Below, piece after piece: positions 32,580 to 41,735 of a DNA stretch of 64,000 nt (its first letter is position 1; every line of letters begins with the position of its first letter). The notes beneath the pieces are model-generated. The model was given only the letters and a program-made list of their open reading frames with translations, had not been told where the DNA came from and ran no database searches. A program made the translations under genes and the position numbers. Source of the stretch: a virus. The stretch spans positions 110,118 to 174,117 of IMG/VR virus record IMGVR_UViG_3300009152_000030; one strand, given 5' to 3'.

Positions 32580-35177
32580 ATGGCCAGCATACCTACTTTA
32601 CGCACATCTGACTTAAATATAAAATACTTTGACTTTGTTGTTAGAGCTGATGGAAAAGGAACTCACCAAACCATTGTGGACGCAATGGAAGCTGCTAGTC
32701 TTTTGCCAGGGCAACAATGTGTTTTTGTTAGTCCAGGGGTATATAATGAGGATCTGTTCCTATACTCAAATGTTTCACTTTTAAGTTTAGGCGTACCAGC
32801 TACTAGGGTACTAGAAGAGGGATCTGTTTTAGAAACTGGAGCTCCATTGGATGGAGCAATCCCTGATCTAGCAGAGCCCATCATAAGAGGAAATCATACT
32901 ATTTTCTATAGTGTTGACGAAGTTGGAGATGTTGTTCGTTCTCATTCTGTTGTTTATGATTCTATAAGATTTGAGTCAGCAAATACAGATAAGCCAATAA
33001 TTAATCTTCATAATACTTCACAAACTGTAAATAGTATTATTTATAATTCGGTTATTGAGTTTAAAGATTGTACTATTTCACAAATTGAAATAGGTGCTCC
33101 TACTAGTATGCAAGCTATAGCATGTCCTCCAGAAAATATGTTTAGTCGTCTTAGCTTAAGTCTTAATAATTGTACTTTTATACTTAGCACTAATGAATGT
33201 TTTCTTTTTAGCTCAAACACAACAGACCCTGAAGGTGTTGCAGGTAATATTTTTAATTTTGAAGATTGTAAATGTTTTAATATTCAAGATCTAGTAGCAA
33301 ACTTTCCTTATATGCAGATTAATGGCTGCAATGTTTGGGTTAAAGACTCTCATCTAGGTTATTTGTCTTATTGCTTTAATAGTGAAGATCAAAGTTGTTC
33401 TTTTGTAGGATACAATTCTATTCTATTAACAGCTAATCAATATATTTTTATTGAATCAGCGGTAGAAGGCGCAACTGGTGCGTCATCAATCAATTTAAAT
33501 AAATGCCAATTATCCACAAATAGCCCCCCTGAAGGTCCTATTAAGGAATACTTCTATGGTGATTATAATGTTATGGAAGCCAATCTAACAGATTGTACTT
33601 TAATAGATAGACCTACCAGTTTAGTTTCAGGTCTTGTTTCTGTAAGTATTACTAATACACTAAGTACAAGTATGGCTTATACTGGGGACATAACCTTTGA
33701 TGGTGTTAAGATAAAAGGAGCTTTAGGCGGAAGTGGTGACGGACTTGGCGCAGACACTATAGAATTAGTTCCTGATGTCGATCTGTATGCTGCTCATCAG
33801 TATTTAGTTATTGATCCTACTGGTCCAGATCATATACATATTAGAGCTGGCGGACCTCAAGATAATAGTGATGCTACACTTATTCTTGGAGGAGAAAGAA
33901 CAGCAGTACAGGTAAGTGATGAAACTGGTAATGTATATATTATCTCGAAGAATCCAGATCAGTTGAGAAATCTCGGAAATTCCGGCACAGGTAATGAACA
34001 ATTTATTCATTCAACTGCTATTGATCCTCCTATTGATATTGTTGTTGGTGATACTGTGCAATTATATCCAGACGGAGATCTTTTTACAGTAACAGAAGTT
34101 ACTGAGGGTGAAAGCTCAATAACGGTTGTTGCTGACGGGCTAACTTTTATGTCTGGATACGAATATATCTTTCATAGAAATCAAGGAGAAAATGTTTGGA
34201 CCTTTAATAATGATGGCAGAATCTCTCTTCCTACAAAGACTATGCCTGGGTATTACGCTGGTTATACGTTATCAGGAAGTACTTTGCAATTAGGCGCGGC
34301 TGGAAGTGAAACCATTATTACTGGTCCAACTCCTAATAGTGTAACTCCAAATGCTGAACGTTTTATAATTCAAGGCCAACAAGGTTACGCACAAGGTGAA
34401 GGTGGAGATGTTTATCTTTGGGCAGGCTGTGGTAATGATGATCTTGCAGATCCCCTAACAGAAGCAGGCCCTGGCGGTGACGCGAAGGTTCGAGGTGGCT
34501 ATTCATATGGTATTGCAGATGCAGGATATGTGAATATTGAAGGTGGTTGGGCTCAGGGAAGTGGAGCTGGAGGACATATCAATATTGAAGGTGGCCGTGC
34601 CCAAGGAGTTGGAGCTGGTGGATATGTTAATATTAAAGGAGGTTACGCAAATTCAACCGGTGACGGTGGTAAAGTCTGGATTAAAGGTGCAAATTCAAAC
34701 AGCGGTATAGGCGGAGACGTAGAACTTGAAGCTGGTACTGGAGCCACAGCCGGAGCCATTAAGATTACAAATGGTGACTATACTTGGAATTTTGATAATA
34801 ATAAAAAATTAAACTTTCCGGGTTCTCAAAACTCCCAGTCCTTTAACAAGGCAAATGGTAGCCTTGTAATAGGTGACACTGAAACAGGAGTAGCCTGGAC
34901 AGGTAATGAATATATATCTACGGCAAAAGTAATTCTTCAAGCAGAATACGATAATGGAAGTTCTTGGAGAACACATAGCTGTGAAGTATTGGTAATCAGA
35001 AAAAAACTTAGTGATACTGTTAATCACATAGTATATGGAGCCGTATATACTGATGACCCATTATTTACATTGTCTACTACTGTTGTAGACGGAATGACTA
35101 TTTTATCAATAGCTAATCTAGATGGTGGGTATTTACATGTTTCTACATTTGTTACTGAAATTGGCACCTGCAGTTAG
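32580..35177 (+). CDS. tail fibre/tailspike protein B (pectin-lyase-like beta-helix plus shared Gly-rich fibre module)
   Basis: VVRADGKGTHQTIVDAMEAA...VFVSPGVYNEDL is a pectinesterase-like start, followed by Cys/Asn-ladder repeats (FKDCTI, LNNCTF, FEDCKC). The C-terminal half is paralogous to 30818..32578. Confidence 0.65.
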   Translation: MASIPTLRTSDLNIKYFDFVVRADGKGTHQTIVDAMEAASLLPGQQCVFVSPGVYNEDLFLYSNVSLLSLGVPATRVLEEGSVLETGAPLDGAIPDLAEPIIRGNHTIFYSVDEVGDVVRSHSVVYDSIRFESANTDKPIINLHNTSQTVNSIIYNSVIEFKDCTISQIEIGAPTSMQAIACPPENMFSRLSLSLNNCTFILSTNECFLFSSNTTDPEGVAGNIFNFEDCKCFNIQDLVANFPYMQINGCNVWVKDSHLGYLSYCFNSEDQSCSFVGYNSILLTANQYIFIESAVEGATGASSINLNKCQLSTNSPPEGPIKEYFYGDYNVMEANLTDCTLIDRPTSLVSGLVSVSITNTLSTSMAYTGDITFDGVKIKGALGGSGDGLGADTIELVPDVDLYAAHQYLVIDPTGPDHIHIRAGGPQDNSDATLILGGERTAVQVSDETGNVYIISKNPDQLRNLGNSGTGNEQFIHSTAIDPPIDIVVGDTVQLYPDGDLFTVTEVTEGESSITVVADGLTFMSGYEYIFHRNQGENVWTFNNDGRISLPTKTMPGYYAGYTLSGSTLQLGAAGSETIITGPTPNSVTPNAERFIIQGQQGYAQGEGGDVYLWAGCGNDDLADPLTEAGPGGDAKVRGGYSYGIADAGYVNIEGGWAQGSGAGGHINIEGGRAQGVGAGGYVNIKGGYANSTGDGGKVWIKGANSNSGIGGDVELEAGTGATAGAIKITNGDYTWNFDNNKKLNFPGSQNSQSFNKANGSLVIGDTETGVAWTGNEYISTAKVILQAEYDNGSSWRTHSCEVLVIRKKLSDTVNHIVYGAVYTDDPLFTLSTTVVDGMTILSIANLDGGYLHVSTFVTEIGTCS

Positions 35178-35185
35178 GAGGAATT

Positions 35186-36748
35186 ATGAGCACTAAACCA
35201 TTTACAGTTTCAGATCATAACAGCAATAGTATTGTTACTATTTATGGTTATAGTGCAACACAGTTTGTTGTTGGAGTAGCAGGAAAAGCGCCCTATACAA
35301 GTATACAAACAGCCATTAATGATGCATATACATTAGCTAGTAGTAGTGATAGTGCACAAGTAGTTTATGTAAAGCCAGGCTTATATTTAGAAAACTTAAG
35401 TTTTAAACCTGGTGTAGCTGTAGTTGGTACTGAAGTACCTAGTACACTGGATAATGTCTCATACGATCCAACAGATGTTTCTCAAAATTATGGAGTATTT
35501 ATAAAAGGAACACATACTTTTGACGAAAGTCTGGGAGAGTTTAATGTTAAAAACATAATATTCTTTTGTGAGCGAACTGAAGGTGATATCATTAACTTTA
35601 CTGGAAGTACTTATATTACAAGTACTTATACTTTTGAGAACTGCAAATTTATTTTTATAAATCCTTCAATAGATAGTGCTAAGTTTTTTAACTGCACTAG
35701 TTCAAATGCTGCTTACGAAGGTCTTGCTGTTTTCTTTAAAAGTTGTCTTTTTTATGCCAAAGATGGCTATGGAGATGATGACTATTGTATGTTTTATTTG
35801 CTAGGAGCAAATGGAACTAAATATACTTTTGATAATTGCACAATCAAAAGCACATGGGATAGTACAGGTAGGATTGCATACTTATATGCTATAGAGGCAG
35901 GATCGGGAGATGCTTGGTACGTTAATTTTTCTGACTGTAAAATAGATAAAGTGCAATTAATAATACAGGGTGGAACTAGTGAAATTATTCTATCTATAGA
36001 TAATTGCAATCTTACTAGTTATGACACACCAGTAATTAATTTTGGCGATTCCAGTTATATGTGTAAAGTTATTAATTCGTATATCTATATCTCAGAGGCA
36101 GTTGGCTATGCAATAGCAGGAGATTTTACGGACATACTTGATTTAACAGGAACAATCTTTGCAAGTCAACACTCTAGTGCGCCAAAAACTTGGCTTGCTA
36201 ATATAGCTCACTGGCCCAATATTACTAATAGCTCAATAGTATCTTCTGGTCCTGTTTACTGTGTTTACACTGATAATCAAAATCAAGTAGCAGCAGCAGC
36301 AAACACAGCATATCCTATGCGTTTTAATACATTAGAAGAAGGATATGGAATTACTGTTGTAAATGATAGTCAAAGTCCACCACAACCCACTAAGATTACT
36401 TTTGAGTATCCTGGAGTATATAATCTTCAATTCTCAGCTCAACTTGATAGAGTCTCAGGTTCTGGTAATGCAGATGTGAATATTTGGCTTAGAAAAAATG
36501 GCACGACTGGAGCTGCAAATGTTGCTAATACTGATACTAAAATTACTATGTCTGGCGGTGCATCTGCGGCTAAGACAGTAGCAGCTTGGAACCTTATGTT
36601 TACTGCTGTTGCAGGAGACTATGTGCAGCTATGTTGGGCGACTGAAGATATACATATAGAAATAATACATGCAGATGCGGTGACAACTGCCGGTCAGGAA
36701 CGTCCTGCTACACCAAGTGTTATATTAACTGTATACAAAATAAAGTAA
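35186..36748 (+). CDS. tail fibre/tailspike protein C (pectin-lyase-like beta-helix plus C1q/BclA-like C-terminal domain)
   Basis: AGGAGG RBS. PYTSIQTAINDA...VYVKPGLYLENL, with FENCKF/FDNCTI/FSDCKI ladder. C-terminal ITFEYPGVYNLQFSAQL...IWLRKNG...AGDYVQL jelly-roll. Confidence 0.65.
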   Translation: MSTKPFTVSDHNSNSIVTIYGYSATQFVVGVAGKAPYTSIQTAINDAYTLASSSDSAQVVYVKPGLYLENLSFKPGVAVVGTEVPSTLDNVSYDPTDVSQNYGVFIKGTHTFDESLGEFNVKNIIFFCERTEGDIINFTGSTYITSTYTFENCKFIFINPSIDSAKFFNCTSSNAAYEGLAVFFKSCLFYAKDGYGDDDYCMFYLLGANGTKYTFDNCTIKSTWDSTGRIAYLYAIEAGSGDAWYVNFSDCKIDKVQLIIQGGTSEIILSIDNCNLTSYDTPVINFGDSSYMCKVINSYIYISEAVGYAIAGDFTDILDLTGTIFASQHSSAPKTWLANIAHWPNITNSSIVSSGPVYCVYTDNQNQVAAAANTAYPMRFNTLEEGYGITVVNDSQSPPQPTKITFEYPGVYNLQFSAQLDRVSGSGNADVNIWLRKNGTTGAANVANTDTKITMSGGASAAKTVAAWNLMFTAVAGDYVQLCWATEDIHIEIIHADAVTTAGQERPATPSVILTVYKIK

Positions 36749-36760
36749 GGGGTACTTAAG

Positions 36761-37309
36761 ATGTCTAATCAAAATCTTGTAGATATTGCGCTAAAGGAAG
36801 TTGGCGTTCGTGAAGTTCCTATTAATAGTAATAGAGGTCCTCGGGTAGAGGAATTCCAAAAGTATGTTGGTGCTTGGCTAGTAGGTAGTGCCTGGTGTGC
36901 TGCATTTGTAGCCTGGTGCTTTGGGCAAGCTTATCCTGGTGCTAACCCTGCTGGTAAACAGAGTGCCGCTGTAATGGGCTTCTGGTCTCGTAATAAAGAC
37001 CGTAAAGATTTTGTTCGTTTCTTACCTGCAGATGTAAAGTCTGGCAAGTATAAAGTAGAAGCAGGAGATATCTTTGTCTTATGCCATGATGCAACTAAAA
37101 TACCTCAAGTTCAGTCTGGAGCTATTAAAGGCCATATTGGACATTGTGGTATTTGTGATGGCAAAATGTTATCTGATACTAAGTTTGGAACAATTGAAGG
37201 TAACACTAATGATGCAGGAAGCCGTGAAGGTGGTGGTGTCTATCATCGTTCGCGTAACCTTGACGAAGCTAAGCTTGTGGGATTTGTGCGTTATCTAGGC
37301 AAGAAGTAA
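36761..37309 (+). CDS. endolysin, CHAP-family cysteine amidase/peptidase
   Basis: EVGVRE...NRGPRVEEF, AWCAAFVAW (catalytic Cys), GHCGI (His), TIEGNT. Confidence 0.85.
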   Translation: MSNQNLVDIALKEVGVREVPINSNRGPRVEEFQKYVGAWLVGSAWCAAFVAWCFGQAYPGANPAGKQSAAVMGFWSRNKDRKDFVRFLPADVKSGKYKVEAGDIFVLCHDATKIPQVQSGAIKGHIGHCGICDGKMLSDTKFGTIEGNTNDAGSREGGGVYHRSRNLDEAKLVGFVRYLGKK

Positions 37310-37608
37310 TGTTTAATCTTTCCGCTATACTTTTTAAAAGATTTAGTGGAGCTTTTCTTGGGGACAAGAGTAGCTATATTAGTCGTAAGCTTGGCCTGGT
37401 ATACTGGGCCTTGCATACGTTAACATTCTTATATCTTATGAGTCCAGTGGGTCAAGCTACTGGTTTGTATATGATTCCTCAGTTAATGAGTGATGATGTA
37501 TTCACTGCAGCTTTTGTAGGACTTGTAGGATTATATATGGGTGCTAATGTTATAGATAGAACAAGAGGCACGGATACAAAGATAAAAGAAGATAAGGTGG
37601 AGGAGTAA
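37309..37608 (+). CDS. putative holin (2 TM helices)
   Basis: SRKL followed by a hydrophobic helix, a second helix ending GLYMGANV and a charged C-tail. Coupled to the endolysin gene. Confidence 0.6.
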   Translation: MFNLSAILFKRFSGAFLGDKSSYISRKLGLVYWALHTLTFLYLMSPVGQATGLYMIPQLMSDDVFTAAFVGLVGLYMGANVIDRTRGTDTKIKEDKVEE

Positions 37609-37808
37609 TGGCTATTGATAATAACTATATTCTAGAAAGAATTGGTGCTATTGAAAAACGTATCAATGATCTTCAAAAGATTATTGAAGGGATTCCTAAG
37701 TTGCGCCAAGTAGGAGCGCTTAAAGCAGTCTTAGAGCAAGAACAAAAAGATATGAACAGTAAGCTATTTGATCTAACTGCTAGAGTTGAGAAACTTGAAA
37801 ATAAGTAG
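37608..37808 (+). CDS. small coiled-coil protein (lysis cassette)
   Basis: GGAGGAG RBS. Heptad pattern throughout. No TM segment or lipobox. Confidence 0.55.
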   Translation: MAIDNNYILERIGAIEKRINDLQKIIEGIPKLRQVGALKAVLEQEQKDMNSKLFDLTARVEKLENK

Positions 37809-37826
37809 ACTAGATTAGATAGAAAT

Positions 37827-37865
37827 AAAAAACCCCAGCCAAATCAATGACTGGGGTTTTCTTTT
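37827..37865. terminator. bidirectional rho-independent terminator between the convergent arms
   Basis: AAAAAA-CCCCAGCCA-AATCAA-TGACTGGGG-TTTTCTTTT. The stem is fully paired (one G.U) on the minus strand, with U-tracts on both strands. Confidence 0.85.
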
Positions 37866-37880
37866 GCCTTAATCTATTGT

Positions 37881-38309
37881 CTAGCAGACATAGATTGAAA
37901 TAGATGTAAATTCCGGAACAAAGTTACTTCTAGAGCCATCATAATTGATAGCCATATAGCGAGTACTAACATGGAATGGCAGCAATAGTGGAAGATTGAC
38001 TGGATCTGAAAAGGATACAATTTGTGTAGGCGTACCATTAATAACAGCGTCTTCTAGTTCTTGGCGAGTTTCTGCAAACCAAAGGTTATACACAGCAGTT
38101 CTATGTTCACCATCAGCATAAGCTGTCATCATATTAAATTTAATAGATCTGCTAGTCTGTTGTTGACCAGAAAGCTCAAGAAAATCAATATAAACGGTCT
38201 CCGAGGGATCAAATCCGCCACCGTCCATAAAGCTAAGTTCTGTTAATCCAGCTGAAGGCACCCAATGGAATGCCTGTATCTTTTTATCTGTAGCATTAAG
38301 CCAAGGCAT
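37881..38309 (-). CDS. hypothetical protein (possible galactose-binding/discoidin-like beta-sandwich)
   Basis: TAATG coupling. STRYMAINY...EFTSISIY loosely resembles the discoidin RY.RL...E motif. Confidence 0.4.
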   Translation of the reverse strand: MPWLNATDKKIQAFHWVPSAGLTELSFMDGGGFDPSETVYIDFLELSGQQQTSRSIKFNMMTAYADGEHRTAVYNLWFAETRQELEDAVINGTPTQIVSFSDPVNLPLLLPFHVSTRYMAINYDGSRSNFVPEFTSISIYVC

Positions 38310-38773
38310 TATTCGGACTCCTCAGTTTCTAGATCATCAGAATCAGAAGACTCATCGCTTTCTACAGCAACTTTCTTACGGCCACGCTTCTTAGAAGCGG
38401 ACTTCTGTGTTGGGATAGATGTTGAATCTTCTTCCTTCTCTGACTCAATAGCAGCTTCAGTAACAGCTGGAACAAAAAGGTCTTCACGCTCTTCTACGTT
38501 TGCCTCGCCATCGTCGATAAGAACCTTCTTGGCAAAGTCAACAGTAGCCTTAAGATTCTTAAGACCAGCCAAGTCAATTAGATACTGAGTATCAGGAGGA
38601 GCTTCGCCAATTAGCTTTACAATGCTGGTAACTACTAAACCATTGCGAATGTATGTTGGATTAACATAAAAACGAAAAGATGTAGCGCCAAGAGATTCTG
38701 CAATCTTAATGCACTCCTTTACTACTCTTAAAGACTGCGTACGTAGATCTACTAATTTAATATCTGATTCCAT
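38309..38773 (-). CDS. hypothetical protein with acidic/basic disordered tail
   Basis: AAGGTGA RBS. C-terminus SKKRGRKKVAVESDESSDSDDLETEESE. Confidence 0.55.
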   Translation of the reverse strand: MESDIKLVDLRTQSLRVVKECIKIAESLGATSFRFYVNPTYIRNGLVVTSIVKLIGEAPPDTQYLIDLAGLKNLKATVDFAKKVLIDDGEANVEEREDLFVPAVTEAAIESEKEEDSTSIPTQKSASKKRGRKKVAVESDESSDSDDLETEESE

Positions 38774-38855
38774 ATTTCACCTTAACAATAACGAAAAATA
38801 ATAAAAATGAGTATGGCTACAACACCATGCAAGAAGGCGTTCTTATCGCCATTCA

Positions 38856-39395
38856 TTAGATATTGTTCTTTCTACGAAGAAAGAGTAGTGTGCCAACTAC
38901 CGCAAAGATACCGAAAATGCTAGCAATAGCAGGAGCAGCGGAACAGCCTGAACCCTCTTTGCTTTTGGCGGCAGCATCGGCCGCTCCTGAGCCGCTGCCA
39001 TCAGTCTCGGGAAGAGTTGTATCGGTACCAGTATCAACACCTGAACCACTACCATCTACGGGAGTGACTTCACCTGAACCTGAACCACCAGCATCAGCTT
39101 CTCCAGATCCACAATCAGGATCAACGGCAGCTGAGCCCTCAGAACCTGAACCGGAACCTGAAGTAGCGGTATCGCAAGGAGCAGGAATTGCCTCTGGGAC
39201 ACAAGCAAGTAGCTCGGTGGCACAAGAGTCACAGGCTGAGCCTTCGGCACAAGGAGGACACTCTGCACTAGCAACAGCAGCACAGACTTCGCCGGTAGCG
39301 CAATCTGTAGTGGTAACGCACTCAGTAGCATATGCAGCTGAAGCTACAAGTAGGGTAGCAAGAAATGAAACTAGGGTAAACTTAATCTTATTCAT
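38856..39395 (-). CDS. secreted Cys-rich surface protein with MYXO-CTERM-like C-terminal sorting signal
   Basis: The probable start is MNKIKF (GGAG RBS). Sec signal ending AYA, ECVTTTDCATGEVC, a GSGSG acidic linker, then GSGCSAAP + TM helix + RRK. Confidence 0.7.
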   Translation of the reverse strand: MNKIKFTLVSFLATLLVASAAYATECVTTTDCATGEVCAAVASAECPPCAEGSACDSCATELLACVPEAIPAPCDTATSGSGSGSEGSAAVDPDCGSGEADAGGSGSGEVTPVDGSGSGVDTGTDTTLPETDGSGSGAADAAAKSKEGSGCSAAPAIASIFGIFAVVGTLLFLRRKNNI

Positions 39396-39418
39396 TTTAA
39401 TCTCCATTTTATAATTGA

Positions 39419-40138
39419 CTAGTTAGTAGGAAGAACAACTGCGTAATAGGCAGGGTTCCATGCAACATTTTTATAAATATCTTTCTTTAAAGCATTATAA
39501 ACTTTTTCAGGATTACCGAATGTAGCAAGTTCTTCTTTTCTTGCAATCCATTCTTTATCAAGTCGTGCTTTAAGTTCAGGCTCCTTAGCAAGATGATCAG
39601 TGAGAAGAGTCTCTCTTGTCTTATCCTTGCTAACAAAAATATCTAAAGTCCAAAACCAACGAGTGTTGCCGTCTACGACCTTCGAGTCTTGACGATAACT
39701 AAACCCAATTGCTTTAGAATTAGTATAAACTAATTTACTAATTAGTTCGGCAGCATCAAGTTTGCTAATCTTTGTAGGATTTGCGACTTCATGCTTAACA
39801 GGAATATAGTCATAACTGGGACCACACACTAGACGCAGTTCAGTAAGATTACCATAAGAACTAATAGCAGTATGAATGCTGGTAGTAAGTAACTCTTGTT
39901 TTAGAAATACTTCACCACTTGGAACAAGTAGCGCAGGATTAGTAAAGACATGAATGTTAGAGCTGACAGGAGCAAACTCCTTCATCTTATTTACAATGTC
40001 TGTCTGTGAAGTGGCGTTAACAATAATATTCTTAATTTCAGGTTGATCCTGTAATTCCCTTCGTAGATCCTCAGTTAGTAATTCTTCTCCACTGGGTCTT
40101 CCACTCACAACAGGTAATACGCCTTTTGCTCTTGCCAT
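39419..40138 (-). CDS. hypothetical protein
   Basis: AAGGAG RBS; 239-aa ORF; no recognised motif. Confidence 0.6.
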   Translation of the reverse strand: MARAKGVLPVVSGRPSGEELLTEDLRRELQDQPEIKNIIVNATSQTDIVNKMKEFAPVSSNIHVFTNPALLVPSGEVFLKQELLTTSIHTAISSYGNLTELRLVCGPSYDYIPVKHEVANPTKISKLDAAELISKLVYTNSKAIGFSYRQDSKVVDGNTRWFWTLDIFVSKDKTRETLLTDHLAKEPELKARLDKEWIARKEELATFGNPEKVYNALKKDIYKNVAWNPAYYAVVLPTN

Positions 40139-40147
40139 TCTATCTCC

Positions 40148-40372
40148 TTAATCAGTTAATATATTTATCATTTCTTGTTTTAGTTCTTTGTACTCATTTA
40201 CTGTAATAGACATAATGTCTTGTATTTCAATTTGAGTCATTCCTAAAAAGTAAGATCTCACAAATGAACGAAGAGTAGGCGGCATTTTATCATATTTTTT
40301 TATTATATCTAACTTATTTATTAGATTTCTTTCTAGGTTTACGAGTATTTTTACTTTTGGTAGGTTTTGCAT
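40148..40372 (-). CDS. small HTH protein resembling sigma70 region 4
   Basis: MPPTLRSFVRSYFLGMTQIEIQDIMSITVNEYKELKQEMINIL follows the LP...R.V....Y..G.T..EIA..L..S pattern. Confidence 0.45.
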   Translation of the reverse strand: MQNLPKVKILVNLERNLINKLDIIKKYDKMPPTLRSFVRSYFLGMTQIEIQDIMSITVNEYKELKQEMINILTD

Positions 40373-40856
40373 CTGTAGACTTTTTCTTTGGCTTGGTTTT
40401 CTTCTGATCCTCAGTCGCCAATAAAGTATTGGGAATAGGATACTCTACTCCGTCTAGGATAGGTAACACTTCAATTACTACCCTAGGGTTGAGTGGGTCG
40501 TAATGTTTAAATAAAGTCATAGAAACAATCTGACAATCATCTCCATAGACTTGACCAGTCAAAGCGTCGCAGGTTGTTTTTGGAAGATTAGGTAAGTCTT
40601 TGCGTCGCTTAGTGCCTAGAAAGTAATGTATATTCATCTGAACTGGTCCAACTTTGAAAAGTGGCCGTTCAACACCTGGGAACTCATTTAGATATTGATC
40701 TATCTGATGAGTAATAAGTTTCTCATAGTCTAGAAACTTTTCAGGTACGTAAACTTCGCTTTTCTTAGTCTTCCAATTAAACCTACTCATAGTAGCATTG
40801 CTTTTGCTAATAGGTTCGCCATCAATAACAATTCTAAATAGGCTAACTTGACTCAA
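40314..40856 (-). CDS. rusA: RusA-family Holliday junction resolvase
   Basis: GEPISKSN, RRKDLPNLPKTTCDAL..VYGDDCQIV, NPRVVIEV. Confidence 0.8.
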   Translation of the reverse strand: MSQVSLFRIVIDGEPISKSNATMSRFNWKTKKSEVYVPEKFLDYEKLITHQIDQYLNEFPGVERPLFKVGPVQMNIHYFLGTKRRKDLPNLPKTTCDALTGQVYGDDCQIVSMTLFKHYDPLNPRVVIEVLPILDGVEYPIPNTLLATEDQKKTKPKKKSTDAKPTKSKNTRKPRKKSNK

Positions 40857-40864
40857 GCAATTCC

Positions 40865-41425
40865 TTATTTCTTTTTGAAGAATCCTGTATTCGATTTAAA
40901 CCCAGTCTTCCCATTGTCTTTCTGTTCTTGGTATATACGCTTTGTATATTCTTTGCTCATAGAGGATACAAGCTTTCTATGGTCAAGGATATCTTGATTA
41001 GGTTCCACGGCAACTTTTGTAAAGCCATGATTGCCAAGTTCAAGTATAGCTTCTTTGTGTTTGTTGTCAAACACTTCTTGCGTAAAGTTATCTTTATAAC
41101 TAAAAGCAATGTAGATAAGCCCCGATCTTTTAGCAGACAGGGCTTTCTCTACATCACGTAAAGAGCCTTTTGCAAAGTTAAAAGATGCCTTCTCTTCTGA
41201 GATACCACCAAATCTAACAGCTTTATAGTGTTGCTCACCATGCACCTCAACAACAAGGCTAAGGGCAGGTATATAAAAATCAAATCTATCTAAAGGATTA
41301 GGATGATCTGGGCAAATCTCCTTAACATTCTGCTCTTGGTAAATACCAAGGCCAGTTAAATTTAACTGTTCAAGGAGAGCACCCATTGCTTTGTGATATT
41401 GACTAGCACTATCTTGATAAATCAT
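40865..41425 (-). CDS. PD-(D/E)xK endonuclease (Vsr/DUF559-like)
   Basis: RFDFYIPALSLVVEVHGEQHY ... RDVEK. Confidence 0.7.
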   Translation of the reverse strand: MIYQDSASQYHKAMGALLEQLNLTGLGIYQEQNVKEICPDHPNPLDRFDFYIPALSLVVEVHGEQHYKAVRFGGISEEKASFNFAKGSLRDVEKALSAKRSGLIYIAFSYKDNFTQEVFDNKHKEAILELGNHGFTKVAVEPNQDILDHRKLVSSMSKEYTKRIYQEQKDNGKTGFKSNTGFFKKK

Positions 41426-41727
41426 TCTTTACCAAATTTAATGCCACTTATATCACTAAGCCAATCATCAACAAACTTGGCTATTTCTTTATACTCTTCG
41501 TCATCTTGAATTACTTCAAACTGTCCGGTAGTCGTCTCGTTCAAGTACCATTTCTGATCTGGTCCTGTTTCGATCGTAACCATACAAAATGTTCGAAATC
41601 CTTTTGTGACAGTACAAATATGTTTAACAATAGTTTTGCCAGTTGGATTTGGCATCGCATTTGTTAACTCATATTGATTACCGTCTGTTACTTGAAGTGA
41701 TCCAAAGTATTTATTGAAAGTTGCCAT
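41422..41727 (-). CDS. hypothetical protein
   Basis: AAGGA RBS; ATGA overlap with the next gene. Confidence 0.55.
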   Translation of the reverse strand: MATFNKYFGSLQVTDGNQYELTNAMPNPTGKTIVKHICTVTKGFRTFCMVTIETGPDQKWYLNETTTGQFEVIQDDEEYKEIAKFVDDWLSDISGIKFGKE

Positions 41728-41735
41728 ATATATCC

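Noticed and set aside
31270-34760. Diversity-generating retroelement TR/VR pair or invertible tail-fibre cassette
   Set aside because: The repeats differ at all base types and mostly at synonymous sites, not adenine-specifically. No reverse transcriptase or invertase is present, and the repeats are direct and both coding.
38863-39414. 183-aa + strand ORF antisense to the CTERM gene (also 39056..39331)
   Set aside because: It is a shadow of a low-complexity Ser/Gly/Ala/Thr-rich gene. The minus-strand product has a coherent signal peptide, tail and RBS and matches the orientation of the arm.
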